The notes: generated by a model from the letters alone, not told the origin. Shown: positions 25,975 through 36,875, counted from the first letter of the stretch. The stretch is DNA of 64,000 nucleotides from an uncultured Eubacteriales bacterium (GCA_934401725.1 CAKRSS010000002.1:1-64000), one strand, 5' to 3'. Made by a program: numbers and translations.

Positions 25975-26073
25975 CACGCCGTAATATTTTTTTATACTTT
26001 TTCGCGCAAAAAGGTTTACAAAGCGTGCAAAATGCTGTAAAATATATCTGATCGACTAACGGAGGGAGACCGT

Positions 26074-26781
26074 ATGGATACACCTGTTTACAAACGCGTT
26101 CTTGTCAAGCTGTCCGGAGAGGCAATGCAGGGCAAGGACGGGATAATTGACTTTGATATGCTTGAAAAAGTCGCCGAAACACTTAAGGCGGCGACCGACA
26201 AAGGCGTGCAGGTTGCAGTCGTTGTCGGCGCGGGCAACATCTGGCGCGGAGCCAAGCAGGGCAAGAACATGAACCGCTGTCTTGCCGACCACATGGGCAT
26301 GCTTGCGACCGTAATCAACGCGCTGGCAATAAAGGACGCCGTCATAAACGCAGGCGGACGCGCGACGGTAATGACGCCCGTCGATATGCCGCAGTTTGCC
26401 GAGTTCTATTCTGACGAGCACGCCATCGAGCGGCTTGAGGAGGGGTATGTCGTGATATTCGGTTGCGGTACCGGCAACCCGTATTTCTCGACCGACACCG
26501 GCGCGGTCCTTCGCGCAGCGGAGATTCAGGCCGACATAGTTCTCATGGCCAAGAATATCGACGGTATCTACGATAAGGACCCGCGCAAGTTTGATGATGC
26601 CGTCAAGTACGACCGGCTCTCGTACAGCGAAATACTCGACAAAAAGCTCGCCGCCTATGACCTCACCGCGACCGCCTTCTGCGCGGCCAACTCAATCCGT
26701 ACATACGCATTCGAGCTCAAAGATCCGGAAAACATTCTCCGCGTGCTCTGCGGCGAGCGGATCGGAACCGAAACCTATTGA
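26074..26781 (+). CDS. pyrH: UMP kinase
   Basis: KRVLVKLSGEA...VVGAGNIWRG, characteristic of PyrH. Confidence 0.95.
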   Translation: MDTPVYKRVLVKLSGEAMQGKDGIIDFDMLEKVAETLKAATDKGVQVAVVVGAGNIWRGAKQGKNMNRCLADHMGMLATVINALAIKDAVINAGGRATVMTPVDMPQFAEFYSDEHAIERLEEGYVVIFGCGTGNPYFSTDTGAVLRAAEIQADIVLMAKNIDGIYDKDPRKFDDAVKYDRLSYSEILDKKLAAYDLTATAFCAANSIRTYAFELKDPENILRVLCGERIGTETY

Positions 26782-26813
26782 TTTTACAGAACATAAGAAA
26801 GGATTAAACACCT

Positions 26814-27368
26814 ATGAAATTCAACACTAAGCCCTACGAAGAAAAAATGCAGAAGAGCATTGCCGCTCATGAGTCCAACCTCGCGGTCATCCGTGCGGGA
26901 CAGGCAAATCCTATGGTGCTTTCCAAAGTGACTTTTGAATACTACGGCGCCCCCACTCTCATCAATACCATGGCCGACATCCGCGTCTCCGACGCCAAGA
27001 CTATTGTTATCACCCCCTATGACCGCTCGACCCTCAAGGCCATCGAAAAGGCTATACTCGCCTCTGACATAGGCATTACACCGACAAATGACGGCTCTGT
27101 CATCCGCCTCGTTTTTCCGCAGCCGACCGAGGAGCGCCGAAAAGAGCTGGCAAAGCAGATAATGAAGTATGGCGAGGAGACCAAGGTGGCGATAAGAAAC
27201 GTCCGCCGTGAGGCCAACGAGCTTATCAAAAAGGACAAGAAGGACGGCGCCATGACCGAGGACGAGCAGAAGTCCGCCGAGAAGAACATTCAGGAGCTCA
27301 CCGATAAGTACATCAAGAACGTTGAATCCATAACCGATAAAAAGGCCAAGGAAATAATGCAGATCTGA
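26814..27368 (+). CDS. frr: ribosome recycling factor
   Basis: 184 aa with a canonical RRF sequence (IRNVRREANE). Confidence 0.95.
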   Translation: MKFNTKPYEEKMQKSIAAHESNLAVIRAGQANPMVLSKVTFEYYGAPTLINTMADIRVSDAKTIVITPYDRSTLKAIEKAILASDIGITPTNDGSVIRLVFPQPTEERRKELAKQIMKYGEETKVAIRNVRREANELIKKDKKDGAMTEDEQKSAEKNIQELTDKYIKNVESITDKKAKEIMQI

Positions 27369-27460
27369 CCGATATGAGCCGGCTTTGAATTTTCCAGAGC
27401 CGGCTCAAAAAGCATTTCCCCCGACCGCGGCGCGGATAGTTGTTTCTGAAAGAGGTTGAA

Positions 27461-28168
27461 ATGGACAAAAAAAAGACAGACCGGCTGCACGGCATCCGGC
27501 ACATAGCGTTTATAATGGACGGTAACGGCCGCTGGGCCAAGGCTAAAGGACAGCCGCGCGAGTTCGGCCATAAGGCGGGCGCGCAGGCCTTTCGCCGCGT
27601 GGTGACGCACTGCCGCGACATAGGCCTGGAGTACGTGACTGTCTACGCATTCTCAACCGAGAATTGGAAGCGTCCGCGTCACGAGGTGTCGGCCATTATG
27701 CGCCTGCTCGACTCTTTTCTCGACGAGTTTGCGGGCAGCGACGACAAGAATAACATGACAGTCCGTTTCATCGGAGACATGTCGGATCTGAGCGAGCGGC
27801 TGCGCCGCAAGATCGCGCAGATTGAGACCATATCGGCGGGGCACGACCGCGTACTCAATATTGCGCTAAACTACGGCGGCCGCGCCGAACTGGTTAATGC
27901 CTTCAACGCGCTCATCGCCGAGGGCGTCACGCACATAACGGAGGCGGACGTCTCCCGTGCGCTTTACACTGCCGACTGTCCCGACCCTGACCTCATAGTC
28001 AGAACGGCCGGAGAATACCGCCTGTCGAATTTTCTTCTGTGGCAGGCCTCGTACTCGGAGCTTTATGTCACGGACGTCCTGTGGCCTGATTTCGGCCCTG
28101 ACGACGTCGACCGAGCTATCGAGGAGTACGGAAAGAGACACCGCAATTTCGGCGGCGTCGTAAACTGA
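27461..28168 (+). CDS. uppS: isoprenyl transferase (undecaprenyl diphosphate synthase)
   Basis: HIAFIMDGNGRWA and FSTENWKRP motifs. The ATG at 27461 follows AGAGG. Confidence 0.9.
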   Translation: MDKKKTDRLHGIRHIAFIMDGNGRWAKAKGQPREFGHKAGAQAFRRVVTHCRDIGLEYVTVYAFSTENWKRPRHEVSAIMRLLDSFLDEFAGSDDKNNMTVRFIGDMSDLSERLRRKIAQIETISAGHDRVLNIALNYGGRAELVNAFNALIAEGVTHITEADVSRALYTADCPDPDLIVRTAGEYRLSNFLLWQASYSELYVTDVLWPDFGPDDVDRAIEEYGKRHRNFGGVVN

Positions 28169-28191
28169 ACACTGAATTGGAGTGCTATCTG

Positions 28192-29016
28192 ATGCTTCAA
28201 AGAATAATTACAGCAGTCGTAGCCATTATAATATTTCTGCCGGTACTTTGGTTTTCGGACACCGTGGCGTTACCGGCAGCGATGGCGTTGCTCATAGTCA
28301 TCGCCATGTTCGAAATGTTCCGGTGCCTGGGACTTCACCGCAGATTCGCGCTGACGTTGCCGTTTTATCCGGTCGGCGCGGCGATGCCGTTCTGCGTCCG
28401 TTACCTGCATGGCGACATACCGATTGACTACCGCGACACGGCGCTGTTGGCAGTAATATTGCTGCTGGTTTACATGCTTGCAATCGTGGTTTTGAGTCAC
28501 AATTCAATAAATTTCTCGCAGGCAGCTGCGATTTTTGCATCTGCGTGCTATATAATATTTTCGTTTTGCGGGATTATCTATCTGCGCGATTTTGAGAATA
28601 AGTACATTTATCTGCTCGTCTTTATCGGCGCGTGGATTACGGATACGTTCGCGTATTTTGTCGGACGCGTAGTCGGTCGACACAAGCTGATTCCCGATAT
28701 CAGCCCTAAGAAAACGGTGGAGGGAAGCATCGGCGGCATTGTGTTCTGCGTTGCAGCATTTGTCGGCTTCGCCTTTATTATCGGGATAGAGTACATAGGC
28801 GTGGGCTGGCTGATACTGTCCGGTGTCATCGTTTCGGTGGTGTCGCAGATAGGGGATTTGTCAATGTCCGCAATCAAGCGCGAACATGGGATAAAGGACT
28901 ATGGCCGCGTATTTCCGGGGCACGGCGGCGTGCTTGACCGCTTTGATTCCGTTTTGGCGGTCTCGTCGGTCATGACAGTGATTTTTGCAATTCTGAACAT
29001 TTTTCATGTTCTCTGA
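28192..29016 (+). CDS. cdsA: phosphatidate cytidylyltransferase
   Basis: Polytopic membrane protein with the C-terminal CDS signature (SAIKREHGIKDYGRVFPGHGGVLDRFDS). Confidence 0.85.
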   Translation: MLQRIITAVVAIIIFLPVLWFSDTVALPAAMALLIVIAMFEMFRCLGLHRRFALTLPFYPVGAAMPFCVRYLHGDIPIDYRDTALLAVILLLVYMLAIVVLSHNSINFSQAAAIFASACYIIFSFCGIIYLRDFENKYIYLLVFIGAWITDTFAYFVGRVVGRHKLIPDISPKKTVEGSIGGIVFCVAAFVGFAFIIGIEYIGVGWLILSGVIVSVVSQIGDLSMSAIKREHGIKDYGRVFPGHGGVLDRFDSVLAVSSVMTVIFAILNIFHVL

Positions 29017-29031
29017 AACAGGATTTTTCAT

Positions 29032-30186
29032 ATGACAGGTAACAAAACCGTATCCGTGCTGGGAAGTACCGGCTCTGTCGGAACGCAGGCGCTGGACGTC
29101 GCGCGCAAGGAAGGGCATCGCGTGCGCGTGCTCACGGCAGGAACGAACTACATCACAATTCAAAAACAGGCGCTTGAATTTCACCCTGATTTTTGCGTGC
29201 TTGATGATAAATCAAGCGCCGACCGGCTTCGCACAGCGCTTGACGGAACCGGAATTACGGTTCTCTCCGGCATTGACGGGCTCCGCACGGCACTGAACGA
29301 GGCCCCGGCCGACGTTACCGTCAACTCGGTCTCGGGCGCGGCGGGTCTCGTCCCTACGCTGGAGGTTCTGAAGACGGACACCCGGCTTGCGCTCGCAAAC
29401 AAGGAGTCTCTTGTTATGGCCGGCGATATGATAATGCGCGAGGCCGCCGCCAAAGGCAAAAAAATTCTGCCGGTCGACAGTGAGCACTGCGCTATATTCC
29501 AGTGTCTCGAGGGACGCGGCGGAAATAAGCCCAAAACGCTGTTTCTGACAGCCTCGGGCGGCCCATTTTTTGGCATGACTCCGGACGAGCTCGAGCACAT
29601 CACTGTCGACGAGGCGCTTGCGCACCCGACGTGGAAAATGGGACGCAAAATCACAATCGACAGCGCAACGCTCATGAACAAGGGCTTCGAGGTTATCGAG
29701 GCGGCGCGGCTGTTCGGCGTCGGGGCGGACGATATACGCGTCGTGGTTCACCGCGAAAGTATAATTCATTCGATGGTTGAATATGCTGATAACAGCATTT
29801 TGGCTCAGCTGTCGGTTCCTGACATGCGACTGTGTGTTCAGTACGCCGTGAATTATCCGGAGCGGTGCGAGGCCGTAATACCGCGGCTTTCGCTTGAAGA
29901 GATCGGAAGTCTGCGCTTTGCGAAGCCTGATCTTGTCAGCTTTCCGCTGCTCGGCATGGCCTATGACTGCCTGCGCGAGGGTGCGGCGATGCCCACAGTG
30001 CTCAATGCGTCGAACGAGGTCGCGGTAGAGGCTTTTCTCGGGCGTCGCATAGGCTTTGGCGACATTCCGAGGCTTGTCAGAGCAACTCTGGAGCGGGTTG
30101 CCGGACGTACAAGCGCCGGTAGTATCGACGAAATTCTTCATTACGACAGCATTGCACGTCAGCTTACACAAAAAGCATTAGCCTGA
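29032..30186 (+). CDS. dxr: 1-deoxy-D-xylulose 5-phosphate reductoisomerase
   Basis: N-terminal GSTGSVG NADPH motif. 384 aa. Confidence 0.95.
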   Translation: MTGNKTVSVLGSTGSVGTQALDVARKEGHRVRVLTAGTNYITIQKQALEFHPDFCVLDDKSSADRLRTALDGTGITVLSGIDGLRTALNEAPADVTVNSVSGAAGLVPTLEVLKTDTRLALANKESLVMAGDMIMREAAAKGKKILPVDSEHCAIFQCLEGRGGNKPKTLFLTASGGPFFGMTPDELEHITVDEALAHPTWKMGRKITIDSATLMNKGFEVIEAARLFGVGADDIRVVVHRESIIHSMVEYADNSILAQLSVPDMRLCVQYAVNYPERCEAVIPRLSLEEIGSLRFAKPDLVSFPLLGMAYDCLREGAAMPTVLNASNEVAVEAFLGRRIGFGDIPRLVRATLERVAGRTSAGSIDEILHYDSIARQLTQKALA

Positions 30187-30214
30187 AAAGGAGGCGAGTA
30201 CCATAGCAACTGTT

Positions 30215-31240
30215 TTGTACATTTTACTTGCGATAGTGATATTCGGATTCATGATATTCATCCACGAGCTGGGGCATTATCTGACCGCCCGTGCCTGCGG
30301 TGTCGGAATCAATGAGTTTGCCATCGGCATGGGGCCTAAAATTCTGTCGCACGTGTCACGCAAGTCGGGTATACGCTATTCGCTGCGGCTTCTGCCGATC
30401 GGCGGATTTGTCAGCATGGTTGGCGAAGACGAGGATAGCGCCGCCGACAACGCGTTCGGCAAAGCGAAGCCGTATAAGCGCATGATAATCATCGTGGCAG
30501 GCGCATTTATGAATTTGCTGCTCGGCGTGCTTATTATGGTGATAATCGTCAGCACGTCCAGCGGACTTCTCGCGACGAACGTCATCGGCGCGTTCGACGA
30601 GGACGCGGTCAGCAACCAACAGCTCATGGTAAACGACAAGATAATAAAGGTCGGAAACAAGCGCGTATACACAGGCTATGACTGCTACTACGAAATTATG
30701 AACCGCGGCGATAAAGCGCTCGACCTGACCGTTATACGAGACGGTGAGAAAATAGTGCTTCACGATGTTGTTTTCAACACCTTCGAGGAGAGCGGTGCGA
30801 CGTTCGGAGATGTGGATTTTGTTCCGTTTGGCGAACAAAAGACAGTCGGGCGCGTGCTGAAGCACACGTGGGTGAGGTCGGTCTCGACAGTTCGCATGAT
30901 ATGGAATTCGCTCATCGATCTTGTTCGCGGACGCTATGGCTTTGAGGCAGTTTCAGGTCCGGTTGGCATAACCGGCGCTATCGGGACTGCCGCTGAGGCG
31001 GGAACGACAAATCTTCTGTATCTCTGCGCTGTGATTGCCATCAATCTCGGAGTGGTGAATCTGTTGCCTCTTCCGGCGCTCGACGGCGGACGGTTTGTTT
31101 TCATTCTGATAGAGCTCATCCGCGGCAAGCCCGTCAAGAAAGAAGTCGAGGGCTATGTTCACTTTGTCGGCATTATTGTGTTGATGGCATTTATGCTGAT
31201 AGTCACATTTAAGGACGTTTGGACGATATTCCGAAAGTAG
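30215..31240 (+). CDS. rseP: RIP metalloprotease RseP (M50 with PDZ domain)
   Basis: HELGHYLTA in TM1, a central PDZ-like segment, and C-terminal LPLPALDGG. Confidence 0.85.
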   Translation: MYILLAIVIFGFMIFIHELGHYLTARACGVGINEFAIGMGPKILSHVSRKSGIRYSLRLLPIGGFVSMVGEDEDSAADNAFGKAKPYKRMIIIVAGAFMNLLLGVLIMVIIVSTSSGLLATNVIGAFDEDAVSNQQLMVNDKIIKVGNKRVYTGYDCYYEIMNRGDKALDLTVIRDGEKIVLHDVVFNTFEESGATFGDVDFVPFGEQKTVGRVLKHTWVRSVSTVRMIWNSLIDLVRGRYGFEAVSGPVGITGAIGTAAEAGTTNLLYLCAVIAINLGVVNLLPLPALDGGRFVFILIELIRGKPVKKEVEGYVHFVGIIVLMAFMLIVTFKDVWTIFRK

Positions 31241-31272
31241 ATCACAAATCCGAATATCAAGGATAAAATCAA

Positions 31273-32355
31273 ATGAAATATAACGATATAAGACGTAAAA
31301 CATCAAAAATCAAAGTAGGCAACACGTTTATCGGAGGCGATGCGCCGATCACGATTCAGTCCATGACGAACACCCGCGCAGGCGACCACGAGGCAGCGTA
31401 CCGTCAAATAGTCGAGCTCGAGAAGGCCGGCTGCGACATAGTCCGCGTGACTGTGCCGGACGTCGAGGCCGCACGCACAATAACATATGCGAAGGAGCAT
31501 AGCGTCCGCATTCCCATCGTCGCTGACATACACTTTGATTACAAGCTGGCGCTCCTGTGCGCCGACCTTGGTGTCGACAAAATACGCATAAATCCCGGAA
31601 ATATCGGCGACGAGGACCGCTTGCGGCAGGTCTGCCGCGCGTGCTCGGCGAAGAACATTCCCATACGCATAGGTGTCAACAGCGGCTCGCTTGAGAAAGG
31701 AATTCTCGCAAAATACGGCGCGCCCACTGCCGCAGCGCTCTGCGAGTCGGCCATGTATCACGTGGGACTGCTCGAAAAGTTTGATTTTTGCGACATTGCC
31801 ATCTCAATTAAGTCGTCAGATGTCAAAAATATGATAGATGCAAACGTAATGCTCGCCGAGCGGTGCGACTACCCGATTCACCTCGGTGTCACCGAGGCAG
31901 GGGCCGGGCGCGCGGGACTTATCAAGAGCTCCGCCGGTATAGGCGCGCTGCTTTGCCGCGGTATCGGAGATACTGTCCGCATCTCACTCACGGACGACCC
32001 CGTCAGCGAAATTCACGCGGCGCGCGAGCTTCTTACGGTGCTTGATATCGAGGGACAGCGCGGGCTGAATGTCGTCAGCTGCCCGACGTGCGGGCGTACA
32101 TCCGTAAACCTCATCGACTTGTATAACAGATTTGTCGCCGAGGCGGCGCGTCTCGGACTTGACCGCAAGCCGGTGACGGTTGCAATAATGGGCTGTGTGG
32201 TAAACGGCCCAGGCGAGGCGCGCGAGGCAGACTTCGGTATTGCCGGTGGCCGCGGTGAGGCGCTCCTTTTCCGCCACGGCGAGATCTGCGGCAAGATACC
32301 GGAAGACAAGATAATCGAAACATTGATAAACGAGCTAAAGGACATCACAAAATAA
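31273..32355 (+). CDS. ispG: 4-hydroxy-3-methylbut-2-en-1-yl diphosphate synthase
   Basis: 360 aa. Cys cluster (SCPTCGRT...GCVVNGPGE). Confidence 0.95.
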   Translation: MKYNDIRRKTSKIKVGNTFIGGDAPITIQSMTNTRAGDHEAAYRQIVELEKAGCDIVRVTVPDVEAARTITYAKEHSVRIPIVADIHFDYKLALLCADLGVDKIRINPGNIGDEDRLRQVCRACSAKNIPIRIGVNSGSLEKGILAKYGAPTAAALCESAMYHVGLLEKFDFCDIAISIKSSDVKNMIDANVMLAERCDYPIHLGVTEAGAGRAGLIKSSAGIGALLCRGIGDTVRISLTDDPVSEIHAARELLTVLDIEGQRGLNVVSCPTCGRTSVNLIDLYNRFVAEAARLGLDRKPVTVAIMGCVVNGPGEAREADFGIAGGRGEALLFRHGEICGKIPEDKIIETLINELKDITK

Positions 32356-32358
32356 AAA

Positions 32359-35300
32359 ATGCCTAAACACATACTCGAAATTTTCTCAAAATATGAACCA
32401 TCCGCCCGCGCAAAGGCGATATTGGCCTCGTCCGGCGAAAATCGGCTGCGATATGATCGCGAACAGCGTATCGTCGAGATGGAGGTAGCCTTTCCCGAGC
32501 TTGTGCTGAAGGAAGACCTGTATGAAATAGAGACCGCGATATGCGCGGCGTATCAGATGAGTTACGTAAAGCTGCTGCCGAAATATCCGGCGGCGCTTTT
32601 GTCGTACTATTACATACCGCAGGTGCTTATAGAAACCGAGCGCACGGGTGTCGTTGCGCGCGGCTTCTTTTCGGATTATACCTACGAGTTCGATGGCAGG
32701 CGGCTGACGGTCGATCTGCACACGCTTCAGAGCGGAGTAGACCTCGTCAACGACTTCAAGACTCCGCAGGTCATCGAAGGCATAATTTTCAGCGAATTCG
32801 GTGTGCGCGTGAGCGCCGAGATAATCTGTTCCGACCCGATGGTCGGCTATTCCGATGCGGTTTTGCGCGAGTATGAGGCTATTGACAGCACGCTGTCGCA
32901 GCTCAGCCGCAGCTATTCGCCGGATTACGGCGGCGGAAGCGAGAGTAACGGCTATTATCGCCGTCAGAAGGACGCACCGGCGGACGCTCCGGAATCCGAC
33001 GCGAATGATGAGCCTCAGCTGACGCGCGTCACCTCGCTTTACGCCGCGCCGGAGGTGCCCATCGACCAGCCGCAGGATCCCCTGATTTACGATTCCGGCT
33101 GTCGCCGCTTTGATCTCAGCGCTCCTGACTATGTCTACGGCGACGAGTTCGACGTGCGCCCGGTACACATCGCACGCATAACACAACCTCAGCACAATAT
33201 CGTTGTTGTCGGGGACGTTTTCGACTTCAAAAACGAGCCCACACGCTCTGGCGACAAGAACAACGTGTCTTTTTCGCTGACCGACTACAATTCATCAATA
33301 GATGTACGGCTTTTCGGCCTTGACCCGGACGAGGCCAAGACCATAGAGTCGTTCGCGCCCGGCGCGACACTGGCGCTTTACGGCTCCGCGCGTCAGGAGA
33401 CGCGCAAGGACAACAAGGCCACAAACGAAATCATTTTCAGATTTCAGCACGCCGCACGTGTGCGCGCCATCGGGCGCGAGGATAACGCCGCCGAAAAGCG
33501 CGTCGAGCTGCACCTGCACACGACAATGTCGACTATGGACGCGCTTATCTCGCCGCCCGATGTCATAAAGATAGCCAAAAAGTGGGGGCATACCGCCATC
33601 GCCATAACCGACCACGGCAACCTTCAGGCGTATCCTGAGGCCATGCTCGCAGCGGAAAAGCTGGGTGGGGTCAAGGTGATATACGGCATGGAGGCGTACT
33701 TTGTCAACAATACGTCCAGTGCGCTGTACGGTGAAGGTGCAGATTTTGAAGGCGAATTTGTTGTTTTTGACATCGAGACGACCGGTCTTTCCAACCGGAA
33801 CGACCATATCACCGAGATAGGCGCCGTGCGTATCCGCGCAGGCGAGATTGTCGAGACGTTCGGCACATATGCAAACCCCGGCATGCACATTCCGGAGGAA
33901 ATCACAAAGCTGACCGGCATCACAGACGAGATGGTCGCCGACGCGCCGAGTCAGATCGAGGCAGTGCAGGCGTTTCTTGACTTTGTCGGCGGACACATGC
34001 TCATCGCGCACAATGCCGACTTCGATATGGGTTTTATACGTCGCGTCTGCGACGACAACGGTATTCCGTTTGACCACCCCTATCTTGATACGGTGGCGCT
34101 GTCGCGCTACCTCAATCCCGAGCTGAAAAACCACAAGCTGGACACGCTCGCGAAGTACTTCGAGCTCGAGGATTTCAACCACCACCGCGCTTACGACGAC
34201 GCGTCAATACTTGCGAAGATATTCCTCTGCATGGTCGAAAAAATGCGCGGCATGGACATACGCAGCTTCAGCGACCTCACCCGTGAGATGAGCGAGAACG
34301 CTGATCCCATGAAGCTCAGAACCTACCACCAGATAATTCTGGTCAAAAACGCAGTCGGACTTAAGAATCTGTACAAGATAGTTTCGGAAAGCTACCTGAA
34401 TTACTTCCACCGCAACCCGCGCGTGCCCAAGACGGTGCTTGAAAAATACCGTGAGGGCCTTATAATCGGCTCGGCGTGCGAGGCGGGCGAGCTTTACACC
34501 GCCATACTCGACAACAAGCCCGAGTCCGAAATCGAGCGCATAGCCGAGTTTTACGATTACCTCGAAATACAGCCGGTCTGCAACAACCGCTTTCTTGTCG
34601 ACGACGAAAAGCTGAGTGATGACGATGCCATACGCGACATAAACCGCCGCATATACGAGCTCGGCAAGCGGCTCGGCAAGCCCGTCGTGGCGACCTGCGA
34701 CGCGCATTTCGCCAACCCCGAGGACGAAATATACCGCAAAATTCTGCTCACCGGCATGAAATTCAAGGATGCCGACCGCGACTGCGGGCTCTACCTGCGC
34801 ACGACCGAGGAGATGCTTGAGGAGTTCTCGTATCTCGGAGAGGAGGCTGCGTATGAGGTTGTGGTTAAGAACACCAACCTCATAGCGGACATGGTTGAGG
34901 AGGTGCGTCCTATTCCGAAGGGCTTCTTCACGCCGTCGATCGAGGGCGCGGACGAGGAGCTGCGCGACATGTGCTGGAAAAAGGCACACAGCATGTACGG
35001 AGACGAGCTTCCCGCGGTCGTGTCCGAACGGCTCGAAAAGGAGCTTAATTCAATCATAGAGCACGGCTTTGCCGCGCTGTATATCATCGCGCAGAGGCTG
35101 GTCAAGTTCAGCGAGGACAACGGCTATCTGGTCGGCTCGCGTGGCTCGGTCGGCTCATCGCTCGTGGCGATAATGGCAAGTGTCTCCGAGGTCAACCCGT
35201 TGCCGCCGCACTATTGGTGTCCGAACTGTCGGTTCTGCGACTTTGAAAACGTCGGAAATGTCGGCTCGGGCTTTGATTTGCCCGACCGAAACTGCCCCGT

Positions 35301-36813
35301 CTGCGGGCAAAAGCTGCTAGGCGACGGTCACGACATTCCCTTTGAAACCTTCCTCGGCTTCTACGGCGACAAGTTCCCGGACATCGACCTTAACTTCTCC
35401 GGCGACGTCCAGGGACGCGTACATAAGTTCACTGAGGAACTGTTCGGCGTCGAGAACGTCTTCCGCGCCGGAACGCTCGGCACGCTCGCGGACAAAACTG
35501 CGTACGGATTTGTCGTCAAATACCTTGAGAACAAGGGAATTTCGCTGCCGCGTGCCGAGGTTAACAGGCTGATATACGGCTGCGTCGGCGTCAAGCGGAC
35601 AACGGGTCAGCACCCCGGCGGAATCGTCGTTATCCCGAAGGAATACGACGTCTGTGATTTCACGCCGGTGCAGCACCCCGCCGACGACCCGAAATCCAAC
35701 ATAATCACAACGCACTTTGCCTTCACCTATCTGCATGACACCATTCTCAAGCTCGACGAGCTGGGACACGATATGCCGACGAAATATAAGTACCTCGAGA
35801 AGTACTCGAACACCTCTGTGCTCGACGTTCCCATGAACGACCGCTCAATTTACGACCTGTTTCTCTCGACCAAACCGCTCGGTGTCTCCCCCGAGGACAT
35901 CAACTGTCCGCTGGGCACGCTCGGTCTGCCTGAGCTCGGGACGAAGTTTGTTGTAAAAATGCTCCAGGAGTCCAAGCCACAGTCCTTCGCCGACCTGCTT
36001 CAGGTCTCCGGTCTTTCCCACGGAACCGACGTCTGGACCAACAACGCGCAGGATCTCATCAAGGACGGCACCTGCAACATTTCCGAGGTTATCGGAACAC
36101 GTGACTCCATCATGCTTGCGCTCATCAAATACGGTGTTGAGAAAAGCCACTCGTTCAAGATTATGGAGATGGTGCGTAAGGGCAAGGGCCTGACGCCCGA
36201 GTTTGAGACCGAGATGCGCGCGGCGAACGTGCCGGAGTGGTACATTTCGTCCTGCAAGAAGATAAAATACATGTTCCCGAAGGCGCACGCCGCGGCGTAC
36301 GACATGTCGGCGATACGTCTCGGGTGGTACAAGGTTCACATGCCGCTGGCCTTCTACTGCGCCATGTTTACCGTCCAGCCGCTCGGCTTTGATGGAGAGC
36401 TGGTCATGCGCGGCAAGGCTACCGTCAAGGATTATATCGCGGACATCGAGCGCCGTCAGAATTCCAATGACAACCCGGCGTCGCAGAAGGAGCTCCAGAG
36501 CCTGCCGGTACTGATGCTGGTCAACGAGGCGTATGCCCGCGGGATCAGATTTCTGCCCGTCGACCTTGAGAAATCAAGCGACTTTGAGTATCTGCCGGAG
36601 AACGGCAAAATCAGACTTCCGTTCTCGGCGTTTGCTGGTATAGGAGAGAACGCCGCCGCGAGCATAATCAGCGCACGTAACGACGAGCCGTTTTTCTCGG
36701 TCGAGGATTTGCGCACCCGCGCGGGACTGACCAAGAGCGTTATCGAAATTCTCCGGCGCAACGGCGCGCTTGACAATCTCAACGAAACCGATCAGCTTAC
36801 ATTTATGATATAA
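32359..36813 (+). CDS. polC: DNA polymerase III PolC-type
   Basis: 1484 aa. Exonuclease motifs (FDIETTGL), PHP domain, and an inserted zinc-finger region (HYWCPNCRFCDF...CPVCG). Confidence 0.97.
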   Translation: MPKHILEIFSKYEPSARAKAILASSGENRLRYDREQRIVEMEVAFPELVLKEDLYEIETAICAAYQMSYVKLLPKYPAALLSYYYIPQVLIETERTGVVARGFFSDYTYEFDGRRLTVDLHTLQSGVDLVNDFKTPQVIEGIIFSEFGVRVSAEIICSDPMVGYSDAVLREYEAIDSTLSQLSRSYSPDYGGGSESNGYYRRQKDAPADAPESDANDEPQLTRVTSLYAAPEVPIDQPQDPLIYDSGCRRFDLSAPDYVYGDEFDVRPVHIARITQPQHNIVVVGDVFDFKNEPTRSGDKNNVSFSLTDYNSSIDVRLFGLDPDEAKTIESFAPGATLALYGSARQETRKDNKATNEIIFRFQHAARVRAIGREDNAAEKRVELHLHTTMSTMDALISPPDVIKIAKKWGHTAIAITDHGNLQAYPEAMLAAEKLGGVKVIYGMEAYFVNNTSSALYGEGADFEGEFVVFDIETTGLSNRNDHITEIGAVRIRAGEIVETFGTYANPGMHIPEEITKLTGITDEMVADAPSQIEAVQAFLDFVGGHMLIAHNADFDMGFIRRVCDDNGIPFDHPYLDTVALSRYLNPELKNHKLDTLAKYFELEDFNHHRAYDDASILAKIFLCMVEKMRGMDIRSFSDLTREMSENADPMKLRTYHQIILVKNAVGLKNLYKIVSESYLNYFHRNPRVPKTVLEKYREGLIIGSACEAGELYTAILDNKPESEIERIAEFYDYLEIQPVCNNRFLVDDEKLSDDDAIRDINRRIYELGKRLGKPVVATCDAHFANPEDEIYRKILLTGMKFKDADRDCGLYLRTTEEMLEEFSYLGEEAAYEVVVKNTNLIADMVEEVRPIPKGFFTPSIEGADEELRDMCWKKAHSMYGDELPAVVSERLEKELNSIIEHGFAALYIIAQRLVKFSEDNGYLVGSRGSVGSSLVAIMASVSEVNPLPPHYWCPNCRFCDFENVGNVGSGFDLPDRNCPVCGQKLLGDGHDIPFETFLGFYGDKFPDIDLNFSGDVQGRVHKFTEELFGVENVFRAGTLGTLADKTAYGFVVKYLENKGISLPRAEVNRLIYGCVGVKRTTGQHPGGIVVIPKEYDVCDFTPVQHPADDPKSNIITTHFAFTYLHDTILKLDELGHDMPTKYKYLEKYSNTSVLDVPMNDRSIYDLFLSTKPLGVSPEDINCPLGTLGLPELGTKFVVKMLQESKPQSFADLLQVSGLSHGTDVWTNNAQDLIKDGTCNISEVIGTRDSIMLALIKYGVEKSHSFKIMEMVRKGKGLTPEFETEMRAANVPEWYISSCKKIKYMFPKAHAAAYDMSAIRLGWYKVHMPLAFYCAMFTVQPLGFDGELVMRGKATVKDYIADIERRQNSNDNPASQKELQSLPVLMLVNEAYARGIRFLPVDLEKSSDFEYLPENGKIRLPFSAFAGIGENAAASIISARNDEPFFSVEDLRTRAGLTKSVIEILRRNGALDNLNETDQLTFMI

Positions 36814-36875
36814 AGGCATTACCGCGCAACGCACGAATGGCGCAGTTGCGCCATCGGAATTACGAGGTGAATCCT
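36813..36875 (+). repeat. copy B of the repeat family (63 bp, internally deleted), abutting the polC stop
   Basis: AAGGCATTACCGCGCAACG..GCGCAGTTGCGCC..GGAATTACGAGGTGAATCCT. It carries both terminal modules of copies A/C and the central GCGCA(G/A)TTGCGC palindrome. Confidence 0.7.

Noticed and set aside
27372-27412. Perfect hairpin GAGCCGGCT-n13-AGCCGGCTC in the frr-uppS spacer
   Set aside because: It is followed by an A run rather than a U run on the coding strand, and nothing is encoded on the other strand, so it is not an intrinsic terminator. It may be an mRNA processing or stability element. The evidence is too thin to call it.
32386-34185. 269-aa and 296-aa ORFs antisense to polC
   Set aside because: Embedded in polC. 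No independent support.
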